Of a stretch of DNA of 64,000 nucleotides, positions 1 through 15,057 are shown one piece after another. A program made the position numbers and the translations under genes. The notes below the pieces were generated by a model. That model saw nothing but the letters and a program-made list of their open reading frames with translations, ran no database searches and was not told the DNA's origin. Numbering within the stretch: the first letter of the stretch is position 1; each line of letters opens with the position of its first letter. Source of the DNA: Eledone cirrhosa (lineage: Eukaryota); assembly GCA_964016885.1 (NCBI GenBank), contig OZ024762.1, positions 22,816,001 through 22,880,000 of the forward strand, read 5' to 3'.

Positions 1-69
1 CTTCAGATTTTTGCGTTTCGCCTCGCTTTTCCTGCCCGGCGAAAATGCAATTCTCGCTGAATCTTTATT

Positions 70-129
<60 letters not shown>

Positions 130-589
130 TGCAACATATCTATCTATATACATATATATATGCAAACCAACTGCCCCTATCCAGCACTACACACACCACA
201 CCCACTTCCCACACACCACCAACCCTCGTTATTTGTAGTGTATTTAGTGAGTTTAGTGTAATCCGAGAAAAAATGTGGCCTCCATTTTATCCAATTCTTT
301 CGCTTGTACGAAGTTTTATCTCTTTCTGTTTTCTGTATGATCGCGTGTCTTTATACATGCTACAGCTTATCGTTGAATAATGAGGCATTTTTTTTCCCTC
401 GGATAGAATGTACTCAGTTCGAACTTGTGGTATATAATATGGTGTATATAATATGGTATGTATTCATGCGACAATTCCGTGACGGTTCTACATCTATTAG
501 ATGTTATTTCGTGTAAAACAATGAAATGTATGCTAAGTGAAGTCCTTAAAACCAGAGTCATGCCTATATGAATAGAAATGTAGTAAACA

Positions 590-602
590 CGTATACACAC
601 AA

Positions 603-635
<33 letters not shown>

Positions 636-676
636 CACATATATACATATATATATATATAAATATGTATATATAT

Positions 677-713
<37 letters not shown>

Positions 714-724
714 TGTATATATAT

Positions 725-779
<55 letters not shown>

Positions 780-1073
780 AATATGTATATATATACATAT
801 ATATATAAATATGTATATATATACATATATATATAAATATGTATATATATACATATATATATATATAAATATGTATATATATACATATATATATATATAA
901 ATATGTATATATATACATATATATATATATGTATATATATACATATGTATATATAAATATGTATATATATACATATATATATATATGTATATATATACAT
1001 ATGTATATATAAATATGTATATATATACATATATATATATATAAATATGTATATATATACATATATAAATATG

Positions 1074-1107
<34 letters not shown>

Positions 1108-1163
1108 AATATGTATATTTATACATATGTATATATATACATATATATATATATAAAAATATG

Positions 1164-1197
<34 letters not shown>

Positions 1198-1968
1198 AAT
1201 ATGTATATTTATACATATGTATATATATACATATATATATATATAAAAATATGTATATATATACATATGTATATATATACATATATATATATATATAAAT
1301 ATGTATATATATACATATGTATATATATACATATTTATATATATATATATATATACCTATTTATATATATATGTGTATATATATACATATTTATATATAT
1401 ATATATACCTATTTATATATATATGTGTATATATATATATATTTATATATATATGTGTCTATATATATATACATATTTATATATATATATATGTGTGTAT
1501 ATATATACATATTTATATATACATATGTATATATATACATATTTATATATACATATATATATATATATATAAATATGTATATATATACATATGTATATAT
1601 AAATATGTATATATATACACACATATATATATATAAATATGTATATATATATAGACACATATATATATAAATATATATATATATACACATATATATATAA
1701 ATAGGTATATATATATATATAAATATGTATATATATACACATATATATATATAAATAGGTATATATATATATATATATAAATATGTATATATATACACAT
1801 ATATATATAAATAGGTATATATATATATACCTATATATATATATATAAATACGTATGTATATACACACATCTCTATATATATATATAAATACGTATATAT
1901 ATATACACACATATATATATATATACACACACATATATATATATATATATAAATACGTATATATATAT

Positions 1969-2007
<39 letters not shown>

Positions 2008-2176
2008 AATACGTATATATATATACACACACATATATATATATATATATAAATACGTATATATATACACATATATATATAAATACGTATATATATACAC
2101 ATATATATATATAAATACGTATATATATACACATATATAAATACCTATACATATATATATACATATATATATATAT

Positions 2177-2230
<54 letters not shown>

Positions 2231-2487
2231 GTATACATATATACACACGCATACATATATATCCATATATATATATCCATTTTTATATATAAGCATATAT
2301 ACACGCATATATACACGCATATATTCATATACACATATATACATGTATATATATATATATACATATATACCCGTATACACACACACATATACACATATAT
2401 ACATGTATATATACATATATACATGTATACACACACGCATATACACATATATACATGTATATATACATATATACATGTATACACACA

Positions 2488-2523
<36 letters not shown>

Positions 2524-2528
2524 CACAC

Positions 2529-2561
<33 letters not shown>

Positions 2562-2992
2562 CACATATATATATATACATATACACATATATATATATAC
2601 ATATACATATATACCTACATGTACACATACATATATACATATATACACATACACACATACACATATACACGTACATATACACATATACACATACATATAC
2701 ACATACATATAAATATATACACATATATATATACACATACATATATACGCATATATATATATACACATACATATATACACATACATATATATACACATAC
2801 ATATATACGCATATATATATATACACATATACACGCATATATATATACACATATACATTTATATACACATATACATTTATATACACATATACACACAAGC
2901 ATATATATATGTTTATATATATATATACATATGCATATATGCATATACACATACACAGCATACATATATATATATATATATATACACACATA

Positions 2993-3035
<43 letters not shown>
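590..3035. repeat. compound (TA)n/(CA)n microsatellite field
   Basis: About 2.4 kb of TA/CA/TATG units; source of the YI-rich pseudo-ORFs. Confidence 0.97.
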
Positions 3036-3173
3036 TTGTGAACATTATTCTGTTACATTACTCTTTTAATGCGTGGATATCTTGAAAGCTTTTTGTTAGG
3101 GAGTGGAATTGATTTTGTTAACAGAGCCCCACACGCCGCCATCTTCACACACACACATACACACACACATACA

Positions 3174-3209
<36 letters not shown>

Positions 3210-3557
3210 AGCAGATCTTTCTGCGCGGGTTTTAGGGTGTATGTGTGTGTGAATAAATTTGTTCGTTGGAACAGAAAAATCTAACTTAAATAAGAACACA
3301 ATATTTGTTTTAACTGAACATGTTGCTTCACTCTTTTTACAAATTTCGGTAGTTAAATTGTGTTGAAGGCATTGAATTGGCTGTCATCAAAACGTAAGAT
3401 AGAGTACCTTGCCATATTTGTTACCAACCTATGTGTGCTGTGTTCAAATCTCACTGAGTTTCTCTTTGCCTTTCATCATATCGAATTCGATAAAAAAAAA
3501 GTAAGTCAAATACAGAGATCGATTCTTTCTCTATATATCATTCTCACTTCCTCTTTA

Positions 3558-3600
<43 letters not shown>

Positions 3601-4719
3601 CTCTTTCTCTCACTCATCATAACATGTATCTTTGGACAAGGTTAGAGGATAAATTATTTTCTAATTTAGGCACACGCCCTTTCTGTAAATAAAGTTTTAA
3701 ACAAGCAAAGTGGTTAGGGTATTGAATTAAACATCTAGGTATATTCCAACTTTGTATTTTATCATTTCGTGGTCGATAAAATGTATCTGTCGAGTACCGG
3801 CTCGAAACTTCTCGTCTCTCTTTCTACCTGGTGGAAATCTATATCTCTATATCTCAAGAAAATGATTAACATTCAGGAGAAGCAGCGACTCCTGATTGTA
3901 TTCAGCAACCGAAACAAATTTGAAGTACACGAAATCAACTGCTGCTAGGGGCGGCCCTGTTTCTTCTTATTTGCGAGTGTAAACTCAGCCAGATTTGATA
4001 TATAATGGTGTATACATAATGGTGTATACATAATGGTATGTATATAAAATAGTGTACATATAATGATGTGTGTATATTGTTGTAAACTCGTCCAGATTAG
4101 ATTACATCTCCTCAGTTAAAATCTCGACTCCTCCTCGAAAGAGTTGCGCACATCTTAACGAATCAGTATTTCTTCCTTCGTCCGATCTTATGATCAGCTC
4201 CTTTCCTTTCATTTTTAAAAAATAAACACTCAATAATTTAGCTCATTAGTTGATAGGCACGTAAGTGGTAAACCCTTAACAAATATACATATATGCTGTT
4301 GTTCATCTGTTTCCTAATTTTTCTCGTCTTCAGCATACATACGCAAACATCGTTGGAATATAGCATACGATTTATCACAATCTAAACACATAGTTTATGA
4401 TAATAATGATAAATGTCCCATATAAGATGGTGTACAGACAATGCTGAGCTTCGAATATTCTAGTGTGCAACGAATAAGCAATGAATTTCTTCCAGTAACA
4501 GGAAAACATCCATCATTCAAGAAATGTAGTCAACAATCAACAGGTTATATTTATTCCTAACAACAAGGGACACCATGCTTGCTAAGAATGCCAAAAATTA
4601 CATATACCATTCCCTCCAGAATGATATGTACCCGCTTGAAATTGAGATATAGAAGAGAATTCAGTAGAATTACTTTTGCCTCTTCTGTGAATGAAAATGA
4701 CTTGCTTAAAGTTGGGATG

Positions 4720-5440
4720 TAGAACCATTAAATTAAGATATAAAACCATTAAATTATGATATAGAACCATTAAATTATGATATAGAACCATTAAATTATG
4801 ATATAGAACCATTAAATTATGATTTAGAACCATTAAATTAAGATTTAGAACCATGAAATTAAGACTAAGAACCATTAAATTAAGACAAAGAACGACTAAA
4901 TTAAGATATAGAACCATTAAATTAAGATATAGAACCATTAAATTAAGATATATAACAATTAAATTATAATTTAAAACAATTAAATTAAGATTTAGAACCA
5001 TTAAATTAAGATATAGAACCATTAAATTAAGATATAGAACCATTAAAATATAATTTAGAACCATTAAATTAAGATTTAGAACCATTAAATTAAAACACAG
5101 AACCATTAAATTAAAACATAGAACCATTAAATTAAGACATAGAACCATTAAATTAAGACACAGAACCATTAAATTAAGACAGAACCATTAAATTAAGACA
5201 TATGACCATTAAATTAAGACATAGAACCATTAGATTAAGACATCGAACCATTAAATTAAGACAAAGAACCATTAAATTAAGACAAAGAACCATTAAATTA
5301 AGACAAAGAACCATTAAATTAAGACACACATTAAATTAAGACAGAACCATTAAATTAAGACAGAACCATTAAATTAAGACAAAGAAACATTAAATTAAAA
5401 CAAAGAAACATTAAATTAAGATTTAGAACCATTAAATTAA
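4720..5440. repeat. 21-bp minisatellite (AGAACCATTAAATTAAGATAT), about 34 units
   Basis: Unit visible directly, with drifting variants (gatat/gattt/gacat/gacaa) and 19-bp variants at the right end; gives the spurious LMVLYLN ORF. Confidence 0.95.
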
Positions 5441-6009
5441 CTAGCAGAAAAACCACCGTTCGGGTAGTTTTCTGCTAGCATTCTAGTTTTCTGTAGTGTG
5501 TATATTGATATTATACACAAATATATATGCATGTAAATAAAATCGTAATTGACAATATACACAGAAATTAAACGAAGACTGTGTTACACTGTCTTCTGTA
5601 ATCTTTAACGTAATCTATGATACATTAAAAAAAAAAAAAACGATATTATATATAAACTCATTAGGAGAAAATTAGTGACGGAAATATATGCGATTATAAG
5701 TGTTATAATATAACGGCCGCTAACCGGAAGTGTTGACATTTGACAATTTTAAAGAAGGGAATCTTTAAATACGCTATAAAATATATTTAATAAACAGCCA
5801 CGAAATTTAGTAGATAAATTATGTAATATTCATTCATTATTGATTCAAAGTAATTTACTGGGTAATTGCTGGCCTTGTGCCAAAAGTAGAAACAATTATT
5901 TATTCAAAGTAATCCAACTTATTTTACAAACGGGGTAAAAATATATATTCTGGATGCAGTCCCGCACTCCTTTCTTTATTATAGTTAAGATAGTGAATTT
6001 ATAGTGAAG

Positions 6010-6222
6010 GGGTGTGACTGATTGGTTAGAGAACTGGATTCGGAATCATGGGGTTATCAGTTCGATTCCTGGATGGGCGATGCGTTATGTCCTTGAGCAA
6101 GACACTTTATTTCACATTACTCCTTCTACCTGGAGTTGCGACCGATAGATAGTATTAGCAATTGGAAAGACCAACAGAAACATTGTTTCCTCGGTCCGAT
6201 TTGACGAAAGTCGATCGACAAT
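6010..6222 (+). mobile_element. tRNA-headed SINE (second family) fused to an unrelated repeat
   Basis: A-box-like TGGTTAGAG, B-box GTTCGATTCC, then GTCCTTGAGCAAGACACTTTATTTCAC; near-identical arrangement at 40597-40800. Confidence 0.7.
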
Positions 6223-6702
6223 TTTCGTTTTTTTTTAAGTAAGATATAGAAGCTTTAAATTAATATATTTACAGGATTCCCTAGGATTAGAAGTATTATT
6301 ACTCTGGTTTACGAGTACCGGCCTGAACGTGAATTATAGAACCTTTAAATTGAAATATAGAACCAATAAATCCCTATATATTTGCCGGATTTACTAGAAT
6401 GAAAAGTATTAATTCTGTGAATGACAAGTATCGGCTTAAAATCCAGAGATAGAATTGAGATATGGAACCTTTAAATCCCTATATATTTGCACAATTCACT
6501 GGAATTAGCAGTATATATTCTTGAAAGTAGGATACAGATGAGAAGCATTAACATTTCCAAATATTTACAGGGATTTATGAGAAACCCTCCTCATTTTTTT
6601 CCTTAAAGAAACAATTGACAACTCCTGGTAGAGAGAAAAACGTGAAATAAAGTGTTTTGTTCAATGATATAGCCCATTGCCTCAGTACGAGAATCTAACT
6701 AG

Positions 6703-6881
6703 TGGCAGTATCGGTAGAGGGTCGGATGCCATGCTTTCCAACATAGTTACGTCCCTTTATGTTCTGAGTTCAACTCCCGCCAAGGTTAACTTTGCCTTTC
6801 ATCCTTACGGAGTCGATGAAATAAAGGACCAGTAATGCATTGGGTAATTGCTGGCCTTGTACCAAAAGTAGAAACAATTAT
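6703..6881 (+). mobile_element. tRNA-derived SINE (main family)
   Basis: TGGCAGTATCGGTAG head, GAGTTCAACTCCCGCC B-box, TTTGCCTTTCATCC..GTCGAT..AAATAAAG..CCAG core, GCTGGCCTTGT..CAAAAGTAGAAACAATT tail; more than 15 copies in window. Confidence 0.9.
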
Positions 6882-7159
6882 GTTTTCCTTAAAGGAAGGA
6901 TTGACAAGATCCTGAAACTCATTTGTTTACTGAGTATGGTGGAACTCCTCAGAAAGGACCAGGGAAACAATGTTTCCATTGCAACTCCTGGTAGAGAGAG
7001 AAACGTGTTTCAAGTGTTTTTCTCAAGGAGATTTCCTCAGTACGGGAATCGAACTCACTACCTCATACTTACGAATCCAACTTCTTAACCACTAAACCGC
7101 GCACGTTCATTGGACAACTTGAAGCAAATTAGAGATGACGTCGAATAAAACTTAATGAT

Positions 7160-7490
7160 AATAATTGTTTCTACGTTAGGCACAAGGCCAGCAATCATCC
7201 AATGCATTACTGGTACTTTATTTTATCGACCCCGTAAGAATGAAAGGCAAAGTTAACCTTGGCGGGATTTGAACTTAATGATAATAATGGTTTCTTATAG
7301 GCCAGCAATTTTGGGAAAGTCGATTAAATCGAACCCAGTGCGTGACTGGTACTTTATTTTATTGACCTCGTCAGGATGAAAGGCAAAGTTAACCTCGACG
7401 GGATTTGAACTCAGATCATAAAGGGTCTTAACTCTATGCTACAAAGCATGGTATCCGATCCTCTACCGATACTACCAATCTACCGCCCTT
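7160..7490 (-). mobile_element. two tandem main-family SINE copies
   Basis: Reverse complement of the same core and tail, twice. Confidence 0.85.
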
Positions 7491-7524
7491 AATGGTGATA
7501 ATAATACTACAAAAGAAATGAAAA

Positions 7525-7805
7525 ATGTGGTAGTGTTGGTGGTGGTGATGTTGATGGTGGTGGTGATGTTGATGGTGATGGTGATGTTGATGGTGATTGT
7601 GATGGTGATTGTGATGGTGGTGGTAATGATGATGGTGGTGGTGGTAATGATGATGATGCTGATGGTGGTGGTGGTGGTGGTGATGATGGTAACGGTGATG
7701 GTGATGATGGTGATGATGGTAACGGTGATGGTGATGATGGTGGTAACGGTGATGGTGATGGTGATGATGGTGGTAACGGTGATGGTGATGTTGATGATGG
7801 TGATG
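7525..7805. repeat. (GGT/GAT)n trinucleotide repeat
   Basis: Seen directly; poly-His ORF is an artefact. Confidence 0.95.
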
Positions 7806-8324
7806 AAAATAAATAAACCGAAAAAACCTGTATAGGAAACATGGAAATAGAAACAAAAACAACAAGAATAACATCTCAACTGAACAAGGAAAATAAATTA
7901 CCCTCCCCCAACACACACACACACACACAAAAGCAAGCAAATATTTCTATCTAAAGTAAACCACGAAATATAACAGTTAAAACAAACAAGACATATATAT
8001 ATATTCCTTCTTGTAGCATGTAGCGAGGCTATTGTAGTAAAACCACGCACGACTAACAAACAGTGTACTGTATAGAGATGACGGCTTTTAATAAAGATTA
8101 AAAGGAACTACGAACACCATGTTAAGTATCCATATACATTAGGAGAGAGGAAAGAAACAAAGGAAAAAAATAAAGATTTCGTCTCCATTCACTGAAGCTC
8201 AATTATAAACAACATATTAAAAGACAGAAATAAATGAGGGGGGGGGGGTGAGATAAAAGAAGAAAACAAAGAAAAATAGTAGAAAGAAGAAAAGGAAGAA
8301 AAAGAAAAAAGAAGTAGGAAAAGA

Positions 8325-8400
8325 CGAAGAAGAAGAAGAAGAAGAAGAAGAAGAAGAAGAAGAAGAAGAAGAAGAAGAAGAAGAAGAAGAAGAAGAAGAA
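8325..8400. repeat. (GAA)n microsatellite
   Basis: About 25 perfect GAA units. Confidence 0.97.
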
Positions 8401-8724
8401 TGATATTAACATAAGGTGAAATTTCCTTGAGAAACATCACAAAATGCTGTTTAGTTAACTGTGTCTCCGTGAAGCTTATGTACAATACAATAACAAGACA
8501 TTAAGAATATGTAATTTAGCAAATGGCGGACATGATTTCGCCATTTTCTCCCCAGTTTTTCCGTTTGTTTTTGTCTTTATCTGTTGTTTTTGTTGGATCT
8601 TTTTGTTTAGTTTTTTGGTTAAATTATTCTTATACGATCTCTTCTACAACTTAACTCATAGAGCAAACATTCTTATATACAGATGACATCACATCACGTC
8701 ACACTAGACAGTCATATAACACAC

Positions 8725-9260
8725 TCCAACCACCATTACAGCACACCCAACTACACTATACCAAACTACACTAGACCACACTACAACTACACTACACCGA
8801 ACTACACTATACCAAACCACACTACAACCAAACTTCACCAGACTACACCCAACTACACTATACCAAACTACACTAAACCACGCTGCAACTACACTAAACC
8901 ACGCTACAACCACACTACAACGAACTACACTATACCAATTTACACTACAACTGCACTACACGACAACCACACCATACAACACCATACAACATCACACCAC
9001 ATCTCACCAAACTACAGTAAGCCACACCTCACCATACCACACTAAACCACACAACAACTCACCACACCATACCCAACCATATACAACACCACACCTCACA
9101 TCATCCCAACCATACCACACTTCACCCAACAACCAAACCGAACTAAACACCATCACCCGCACCACTATACCACACAACACCACATTACAGCACTACACCA
9201 CACCACACCACACCACTCACCCGTCATCTACACCGCACCACGCCACAACTACACAACATC
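8725..9260. repeat. degenerate pentanucleotide (ACACT/ACACC)n repeat
   Basis: Seen directly. Confidence 0.85.
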
Positions 9261-9494
9261 AATTTCCATACCAACACATCTGCACAACTCCTCGGAAAAC
9301 TAACATCAATCACCATAGAAAACGAAGTCTGGAAATAAAGAGACGTAAAAGAGCAGCTGCGAAAATCCACCATTTTCCTTTTTACTAACGACGTAAAGGA
9401 ACACTACATACAAAAGTATATCAAACTGAACTAAACTAACCAATCAGCTGCAAATACTTATTAACATCAGCATACGACACAAACATAGTACAGT

Positions 9495-9558
9495 ATTATA
9501 TATATATATGTGTGTGTGTGCGTGTGCGCATGTGTGTATATATGTATACATACATATA

Positions 9559-9601
<43 letters not shown>

Positions 9602-10002
9602 TCACACATAAATAAACACACACATACATAAACATACACACATACATGTATAAACTTACATACACATACATATATAAACACATACACACATATACACACA
9701 TATATGTATATATATATACACACACACGCACATATACACACATATATGTATATATATATACACACACACGCACATGTATATATATATATATACATACACA
9801 CACACGTATATATATATATACACACACACACACGTATATATATATATACACACGCACGTATATATACATACACACACACGTATATATATATATATATACA
9901 CACACACGTATATATATATATATATATACATACACACACACGTATATATATATATATATACATACACACACACGTATATATATATATACATACACACACA
10001 TG

Positions 10003-10074
<72 letters not shown>

Positions 10075-10639
10075 CACACACATGTATATATACACACACA
10101 CACATGTATATATACACACACACACATGTATGTATATATATATATACATACACATATGTATATATATATACACACACATATGTATATATACACACACACA
10201 TATATGTATATATACACACACACATATATGTATATATTTATATACACATACACATATATCTATATATATATATATATACACACACACATGTATATATTTA
10301 TACACACACACACATATATATACACACACACACATGTATATATTTATTTACACACACACATGTATATATATATACACACACGTATATATATACATATACA
10401 CACACGTATATATATACACACAGACACGTGTATATATATATACACACACATATATGTATATATTTATATACACACACACATATATGTATATACACACACA
10501 CACATATATGTATATACACACATCTATATACACACACACATGTATATATATATACACACACATCTATATATATATACACACACATGTGTATATACACACA
10601 TACATGTGTATATATACACATACATGTGTATATATACAC

Positions 10640-10687
<48 letters not shown>

Positions 10688-10750
10688 ATGCGTATAAGAC
10701 ATACACATACACACACATATATATATATATATATATACACATACACACAG
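9495..10750. repeat. compound (TA)n/(CA)n microsatellite field
   Basis: Seen directly. Confidence 0.97.
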
Positions 10751-11151
10751 AGGAAAATAGTAGGAATTAAACCCAACACCTCTGCAAATGTAGAATACTG
10801 ATTAATGGTAGGTTATGTTATTGTTGTCGTTGTTGTTGTTGTCATAGTTGTTGTGTTTATGACTGTTGTTACCTTTCTGCTTAGCCATGATTAGCCAGAT
10901 CTATGATCAACTGTGTTATATCAGTGACCACACAGCTTCTCATCTATCAGAGATAATATAAATATACCTAAGAATACATCACTCAATGTGTCACTGAGGT
11001 TTTTATTGTTTGTAGGTTCTTTTTATTTATTCATTTTATGAAGGTGGTAGTTTATGGTTTCAATTAGACTTGCCTGCTATTTCTAGCATATGGCTAAACC
11101 ACTAAGATAACACACTTGGTGGTTATAACGGTTTCTTCTATAGATTGATAG

Positions 11152-12608
11152 TCGGCGAATTGACCGAGTCATTAGAATGGCGGATAGATTGCTTTATGTT
11201 ATTTGTTCCGGCTATCTATGTTCAAATTCTGCCGAGGTCAACTTTGCTTTTCAGCCATTTAAGATCGATGAAAAATTGTCAGTTAAGTACTGGTGTCGAT
11301 TCTTCTCCTATATCTCTTTGCCTTTAATCTTTACGTGGTCGATAAAATAAAGTACCAGTAATACACTCGAACAATTGCTGGCCTTGAGCCAAAAGTAAAA
11401 ACAATTATAATTTTATTTCTATTATTTGGGTACCATTTTTGTTAGATTGTTTGTTGCTTTTTTACGTATATTTGCTGGTTTCATTTACGATTATCCATCT
11501 CTCCCTTTGCCATATTAATGCTTCCATATCATATTAAAAGGCGGCGAATTGGCAGAGTCGTTAGAATCTAGGATGGAATGCTTTGTAGTATTCAATTCGA
11601 CTTTCGGCGCTCTGAGTTCAAATCCCGCTAGATCAACTTTACCTTTCATCCATTCACGGTCGATAAAAATAAGTACCAATTAAGTACTTGGGTCGATTCT
11701 TCTATATCTTTTTCTCACCACCGTTGTCTTACTCACTCTATATATCCTTCAATGGAAGAAATCTGTTGTTGAGAGCTAGAGAGGATATGGGCTCTGCCAG
11801 GTTTATAAAAATCCTAGAAACGTCGTATGTCAATACGGCGCCTTTACGTCTCCAAATATTACGGGAAAAACCCCAGTACATAGGTGAAGACACGTGGTTC
11901 AGTGGTAAGGTGATTATTTCGATTCCCAGCAGTGCGTTAAGTCCTAGAGGAAGATACTATATTTCACGTTGCTCCAATCCACTCAGCTTCACTGAGTTAT
12001 ACCTATAATTCGAAGGACCAATCTTGTTTCATTGTGTATCACGCTGAATCTCCCTGAGAGATACGTTAACGGCACGCACGTTTGGGGAATACTCAGTCAC
12101 TTGCACTTAAATTCCACGAGCAAGCTGTTCCATTGATCGTATTAACTGGAACACACTTCGTCATAACCGATGGACTGGCATTATATGCTTGGCGGTGGAT
12201 TGGCAGTATTGGTAGAGGGTCGGACGCCATGCTTTGCAGCATAGAGTTACGGCTCTTTATGGTCTGAGCTCAAATCCCGCCGAGGTTAACTTTGCCTTTC
12301 ATCCTTATGGGGGTCGATAAAATAAAGTACCAGTCACGCACTGGGGTCGATTTAATCGACTTTCCCCTCCCCCCAAATCACTGGCCTTGTGCCTATATAA
12401 GAAACCATTATATTCTTGGCGGTGAATTGGCAGTATCGGTAGAGGGTTGGACGCCATGCTTTCTAGTATAGTTACGTCCCTTTACGGTCTGAGTTCAAAT
12501 CTCGTCGCGGTTAACTTTGCCTTTCATCCTTAAGGGGTCGATAAAATAAAGTTCCAGTAATGTACTGAGGAAGTTGCTGGCCTAATGGCAAAAGTAGAAA
12601 CAATTATA
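11152..12608 (+). mobile_element. cluster of SINEs: main family at about 11152-11410, 11540-11850, 12191-12410, 12418-12608; second family at about 11905-12180
   Basis: Repeated A/B-box heads, shared core and tail motifs, all on the + strand. Confidence 0.85.
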
Positions 12609-12629
12609 TTTTTGCCATTACTTTATCGA

Positions 12630-13260
12630 TAGTGCCATCATCATCCGGCAGCCTCAGCCGAAATTGACTCAACAATTGATCCCCACGTGGGTCTGTCGTT
12701 CATTGCCGCTGCCAAGTCCTGGATCAATACCAGAAGCTCTGGAGATGACATCGGGATAGGAGAGCTTGCGCCCACTATTATTAGTGACTGCTTGTGGTTT
12801 CCAAAGTACTAATGGCGACGACACAGCCTCATAGGTGGCACGATGGTAGTGGCCAGCAAATCTTACTCTCCTTTTACGTACAACGACAGATATGCGTGGG
12901 AGGCCGGCCTATATCTCTCTCAAAGTCAGATGTCTCCAGCTTATGTTCTGAATGTGTTGAAGCAGGCGAGTGTAAGTGCCATCAATGTGTATTTGTTGTT
13001 TGGATGAACGCATCCATGTTTTACTCCAATATAGCAAGATAGGTTGAATTATTACTTGGAAGAATCTGATCTTGTTGTGGATGGAAAGATTTGAGCGCCA
13101 AACTCGATCCATCTTGTTGAAAGCTGACCATGCTTGGGCCTTTCTGGTGGTAATATCCTTGTCAGAGTCCATGATCCAGGACTCTAGATACTTGAAATCC
13201 TTGAATTGCTTGATATCACTGCCCGTGATTGCTTTGAGCCGTTTCCTGTACAGTTTGATA
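12630..13260 (-). pseudogene. RTE-like LINE 3' fragment (RT C-terminus)
   Basis: Minus strand FKYLESWIMDSDKDITTRKAQAWSAFNKMDRVWRSNLS..KIRFF..PILLY..KTW, then RFAGH and LWKP..GRKLSYPDVIS; ends in a (GAT)n tail; stops and frameshifts. Confidence 0.85.
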
Positions 13261-13694
13261 TGTTCTCTGTTTTACTCATTATACTATAGATCCACAAACA
13301 CAACGTGGAGTAAAAAAGGGTTGAGTCACCTGAAAGCTATCATAGTATATAACTGGTATCATTATTGGCCCAGGAAGATAAAATATTGAAACTATATTGT
13401 GTTTGAACTGGGACCCAAAGCACTGTAAATGAATATGATTTCATTGGATTAACGCCATAATTATAACCAGTACGATTTCTTACTGCACTACCATTGGTTT
13501 CGTACACACACACGTGTATATATATATTTATATATAACAAATAAAGTGTGGAACATAACGTACCAGAGTACTCGATACTTAATGTAGTAGAGTGGGTAAT
13601 AGCTAGATCCGAACTAAATCAGTATACTACTGGTTTAGTCCGGATCTAGTAGACGAAACGGCCGGAGCTCAGCCGTCGGTGTCCTGACTCTTTT

Positions 13695-13759
<65 letters not shown>

Positions 13760-13772
<13 letters not shown>

Positions 13773-14868
13773 TGATGTTGTCTGTGTGTCCTCATTTTTG
13801 CAAAGTGTATACAAATCCACATTTCTATTCCGATTGACTTCAAACTTGCATTTATATATTCCTTGCGGTCTAAAGATATTAACTGCAGCTTTTATTTATC
13901 AATTTTCTGTTGTTAAAGGGGTGCTAGGCGCCGGTTATCCATCTCCGTCGCGCTCTTATAATATCTGTCTGCATAACAACATTATGACAAACATTGATGA
14001 CGTATTATGTTCGCTATTTTCCGTTCAATGCCAGGGAACGTCTTCACGAACCAAAGTATCATATTTTCCTTCGGCTCCAACGTTTTTCGAACTATTTACT
14101 TCTGCGTTCACAGATTGATTTTTTTTAGTTTCAGAAGATCTTGTTAAGGGTGAAAGCTTTGCTTAAACTTTAATCTGTTATTTCAATATATAATATAAGT
14201 TAGGCAAGCCTTGCACTTTTTGCCAATAAACATTAACCCTTTGTGCGCCATTCATCTAACTGTAGACCAACAAATACCAACTAACCGGAGCGTTGACAAG
14301 AACGATGGCGAATGAATCTTAAAGGAAACTGCTTTCCTCCCGAGCTGTTAGTTCACGCGGGATTCTCTGCTACACCTTTTCGTAATAATACCGAACAACG
14401 TACTGCTGGTCACTCCTTCCTCCAAAATCCGGACAAAGCAGACATGCGCATCGGGCAGATGAATCGGGTGCAAATCTATACCAGGCCTACGCGAGAAATT
14501 CGCAAGGGACTGCACCGAGAGGGATAGAGAGAAAGAGTAACTTAGTGGAAAGAGTGGGAATGAACTTTTGAGGTAAGTAGCCTACGCCTTACTGCTATGA
14601 CACTGGAATCTTCTGCCAACTTAACCTGTGACTTTCTCTTTCACATTTACTCCTATAGGCCAAAAGAGAGGAGTATGAAAAGAAGGGGCTCAACAATATT
14701 TCTATGAACAATGCACGTAGACAGCTAAACTGTACTTTCAACTTCTTATTTTTCTCCAAATAAAACAAGTTTCCTGAGTTTTTAACAAGCACTCAAAAAT
14801 AAAAATTTCTCATTGGAGGTGCTATTACCAATGTACTTACCTGTGCAACGCCGGGATATACTGCTAGT
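13760..14868 (+). mobile_element. non-autonomous Helitron-like element containing an HHR-bearing insert
   Basis: 3' end CCTGTGCAACGCCGGG hairpin followed by CTGCTAG|T at 14861-14868, the typical Helitron terminus; 5' TATATAAAACTGATGTTG boundary is tentative. Confidence 0.6.
14127..14169 (+). ncRNA. type I hammerhead-like motif, CAGAAGA core variant
   Basis: AGTTT-CAGAAGA-T-CTT GTTAA GGG-T-GAAA-GC TTT GC-TT-AAACT; stem I AGTTT/AAACT; sister copy at 44112. Confidence 0.6.
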
Positions 14869-15013
14869 ATATACATATAACCTGTGCGATGAGCTGATTG
14901 TATATATAAAGGACAACGAAACCAAACGATAATTTATGAAAATAAACTGCTAATTCATATATTAAAGTGCCACATGTTCATTGCATATTACATTCGTCAG
15001 TATACACTACTAT

Positions 15014-15055
<42 letters not shown>

Positions 15056-15057
15056 CG

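Noticed and set aside
1-60. Minus-strand GAAACGC and CTGAAG at the window edge
   Set aside because: Order and truncation prevent building a hammerhead.
367-3085. Long YI/HT/VC-rich ORFs here and throughout the window
   Set aside because: Translations of (TA)n/(CA)n repeats, open in many frames on both strands.
4288-4340. Minus-strand CTGAAGA..GAAA motif
   Set aside because: Stem II and cleavage triplet do not form convincingly.
4560-4640. Minus-strand hydrophobic peptide RVHIILEGMVYVIFGILSKHG after a possible splice acceptor
   Set aside because: Too short, followed by a stop, no supporting exons.
11540-11630. tRNA genes suggested by A/B boxes
   Set aside because: These are SINE heads with no complete cloverleaf, always followed by the SINE core.
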